In this document: piece after piece, positions 62,517-64,000 of the stretch
Layout of the letters: each line of letters opens with the position of its first letter
How positions within the stretch are numbered: the first letter of the stretch is position 1
From: Phaeosaccion multiseriatum
Taxonomy: Eukaryota; Protista; Ochrophyta, other classes
NCBI GenBank assembly: GCA_965112735.1
Contig: OZ218964.1
Location: forward strand, 992,001-1,056,000
Length of the DNA stretch: 64,000 bases
Direction of reading: 5' to 3'
Program-made: the position numbers and the translations under genes
Notes under the pieces: generated by a model
Database searches by the model: none
Told to the model about the DNA's origin: nothing
Seen by the model: the letters and a program-made list of their open reading frames with translations, nothing else

Positions 62517-64000
62517 TCAACCGCGATGGACGGCGTCAGCGGTGGCCTCCTCCTCTCCCCGCCCCCCCCCCCCTCCTCCTCCTCCTCCTCCTCCTCCTCC
62601 TCCTCCTCCTGTCCCCAGGGCCGCCTCTACGACCTGCCCTCTCAGTCGCGACCGCAGCTCCGCTATCTGATCCGCATATCCCCTCTCGCTCCATCCCTCC
62701 GCAGCCCCCAGGGCCAAGCCTAGCTCGAGCATCTGCCCTCCCTCCTCCCCCACCCTCCCGCCTACGATGCTAGACCCGGTGTTGGCAGCACTTCCGGCAA
62801 CAGTCCCCGGCCCTGCCCTCCTCCCATATAGCCCAAACCCTTGCTCCTGCCGTCGCTGCCGCCCTGACCCTGACCCTGACCCCCCAGGTCCCCTCCTCAA
62901 ATCGCGCAGTCCCCCACTTTGTACAAAGGGCTCCGGTGGCTCTCCTCCTCCCGCCCTGCTGCTCCTGCTGCTGGTGCGACGACGCAAGGCATGCAGCGCC
63001 TCAGACCCAGACTCCTCCTCCTCCTCCCCCTCCCCCTCCCCCTCCCCCTCCTCCTCCTCCTCCTCCTCCTCCTCCTCCTCCTCCTCCTCCTCCACCACCA
63101 CCCTTTGCTGCTGCTGCTGCCGCTGCTTCCGCTGCGTCGTCTGTAGAGGACTAGGCCGGAGCACCCACCCCCTCTCGCCGCTGTTGGAGGCGCCGTCCTG
63201 GTGCTGTAGGGGCGACGGCGCCGCTGCCGACCAGCCGCCCTCCCCGCCGAGCGAAACGTTCCCGGAGCCTGCGCCGGCCTCCGTTCCTGCCTGGGCTTGG
63301 ATTTGGTGCTGCTGTTGGTACCGGCGCTGAAGGTCCTCCTCCTCCTCCTGCTGCTGGTGGTGCAGCTGCTGTCGAAGGAGGCGAGAGTGCTCCATTTCCA
63401 CCTTGGCCACATCGTGGTTGGCCTCGCGCAACGACTGAACCACGTCTCCCAACCGCCTCTCCTCGCCCATCCTCCTCGCTCGAAGTGCCTCCGCGGAGCG
63501 CTCCAAGCCTTCCACTTCGGCTGCCATCTCCTCCCGCCTCCCCGCCAGGCTCTGAAGCTCCCTCTGTCCACTCTCAAGAATGCTCACCAGAGAGTGCGCC
63601 TCCTCCCGCATCTCCTGCGCTACTCTCTTGGCTTGCTCTAGTTCCTGCTGACTCGCAAGCTTTTGCTGCCGTTGCCCAGCTTGCTCCTTCTCCGTCCTCA
63701 AGGCTTCCTTTGAGAGTGAGAACGAAACAAAGAGAAGGAAGAGACAGTTATTTAGGGTACATGGGTGTGCGGGCAGGTGACAAGTCCGACGCCTCGCGGC
63801 CGACCGGTGACAAGGTGACAAAGAGAGAGGTGCTGCTGCATCGGCAATGGCCCCCCGCGTCCTTTCTGTCCTTCCTCCTCCGCTCTAGTCGGGGTGTTCG
63901 AGAAAGTGCCCTCACTTCCTCGACCTTACGTGTCCTCACGCACCTGTTTGATCCGAGCATCGAGGGCTTGTGCCTCCAGGCTGAGCCTTTCTCGCTCCGC
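62517..64000 (-). CDS. 3' part of a coiled-coil protein (5'-truncated by the window edge)
   Basis: Exons >64000-63944 and 63707-62517; E/Q/R/L-rich heptad-like sequence followed by a low-complexity tail. May extend to 62165 if the C12 run at 62562-62573 is miscounted. Confidence 0.65.

Overview
This is eukaryotic nuclear DNA: GC-rich, intron-rich and full of microsatellites. It probably comes from a photosynthetic stramenopile (ochrophyte), inferred from a signal peptide plus ASAF-type plastid-targeting motif at 14482. I spliced 15 protein-coding genes by hand using GT-AG sites and frame continuity. They are a partial ABCB/MDR transporter, a low-complexity hypothetical protein, SF3B2, a plastid PDZ-2Fe-2S ferredoxin, a PPP-family pseudophosphatase, a DUF2439 protein, an MBOAT/wax-synthase-like acyltransferase, a CAMKK-like kinase fused to PP2C, MPP6, a large secreted oxidoreductase, a polyQ hypothetical protein, an FCP1/SCP-type HAD phosphatase, a putative actin/capping-protein regulator, a carboxylate-type mitochondrial carrier and a partial coiled-coil protein. 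Most ORFs in the supplied track are repeat or antisense artefacts. Two observations stand out. (1) A 20-exon, ~1655-aa secreted protein (35192-44094, minus strand) joins a PQQ-type sugar dehydrogenase beta-propeller, a complete three-domain multicopper oxidase and four carbohydrate-binding modules. It is a candidate single-chain 'sugar-to-O2' redox enzyme tethered to polysaccharide. (2) A dispersed motif, CYGTATCACCAACHG, has at least 11 exact copies of its 11-nt core on both strands, in exons read in different frames, in introns and in 3' non-coding DNA. I recognised no tRNA, rRNA or CRISPR array. All gene models and family calls come from reading motifs by eye, with no database search.
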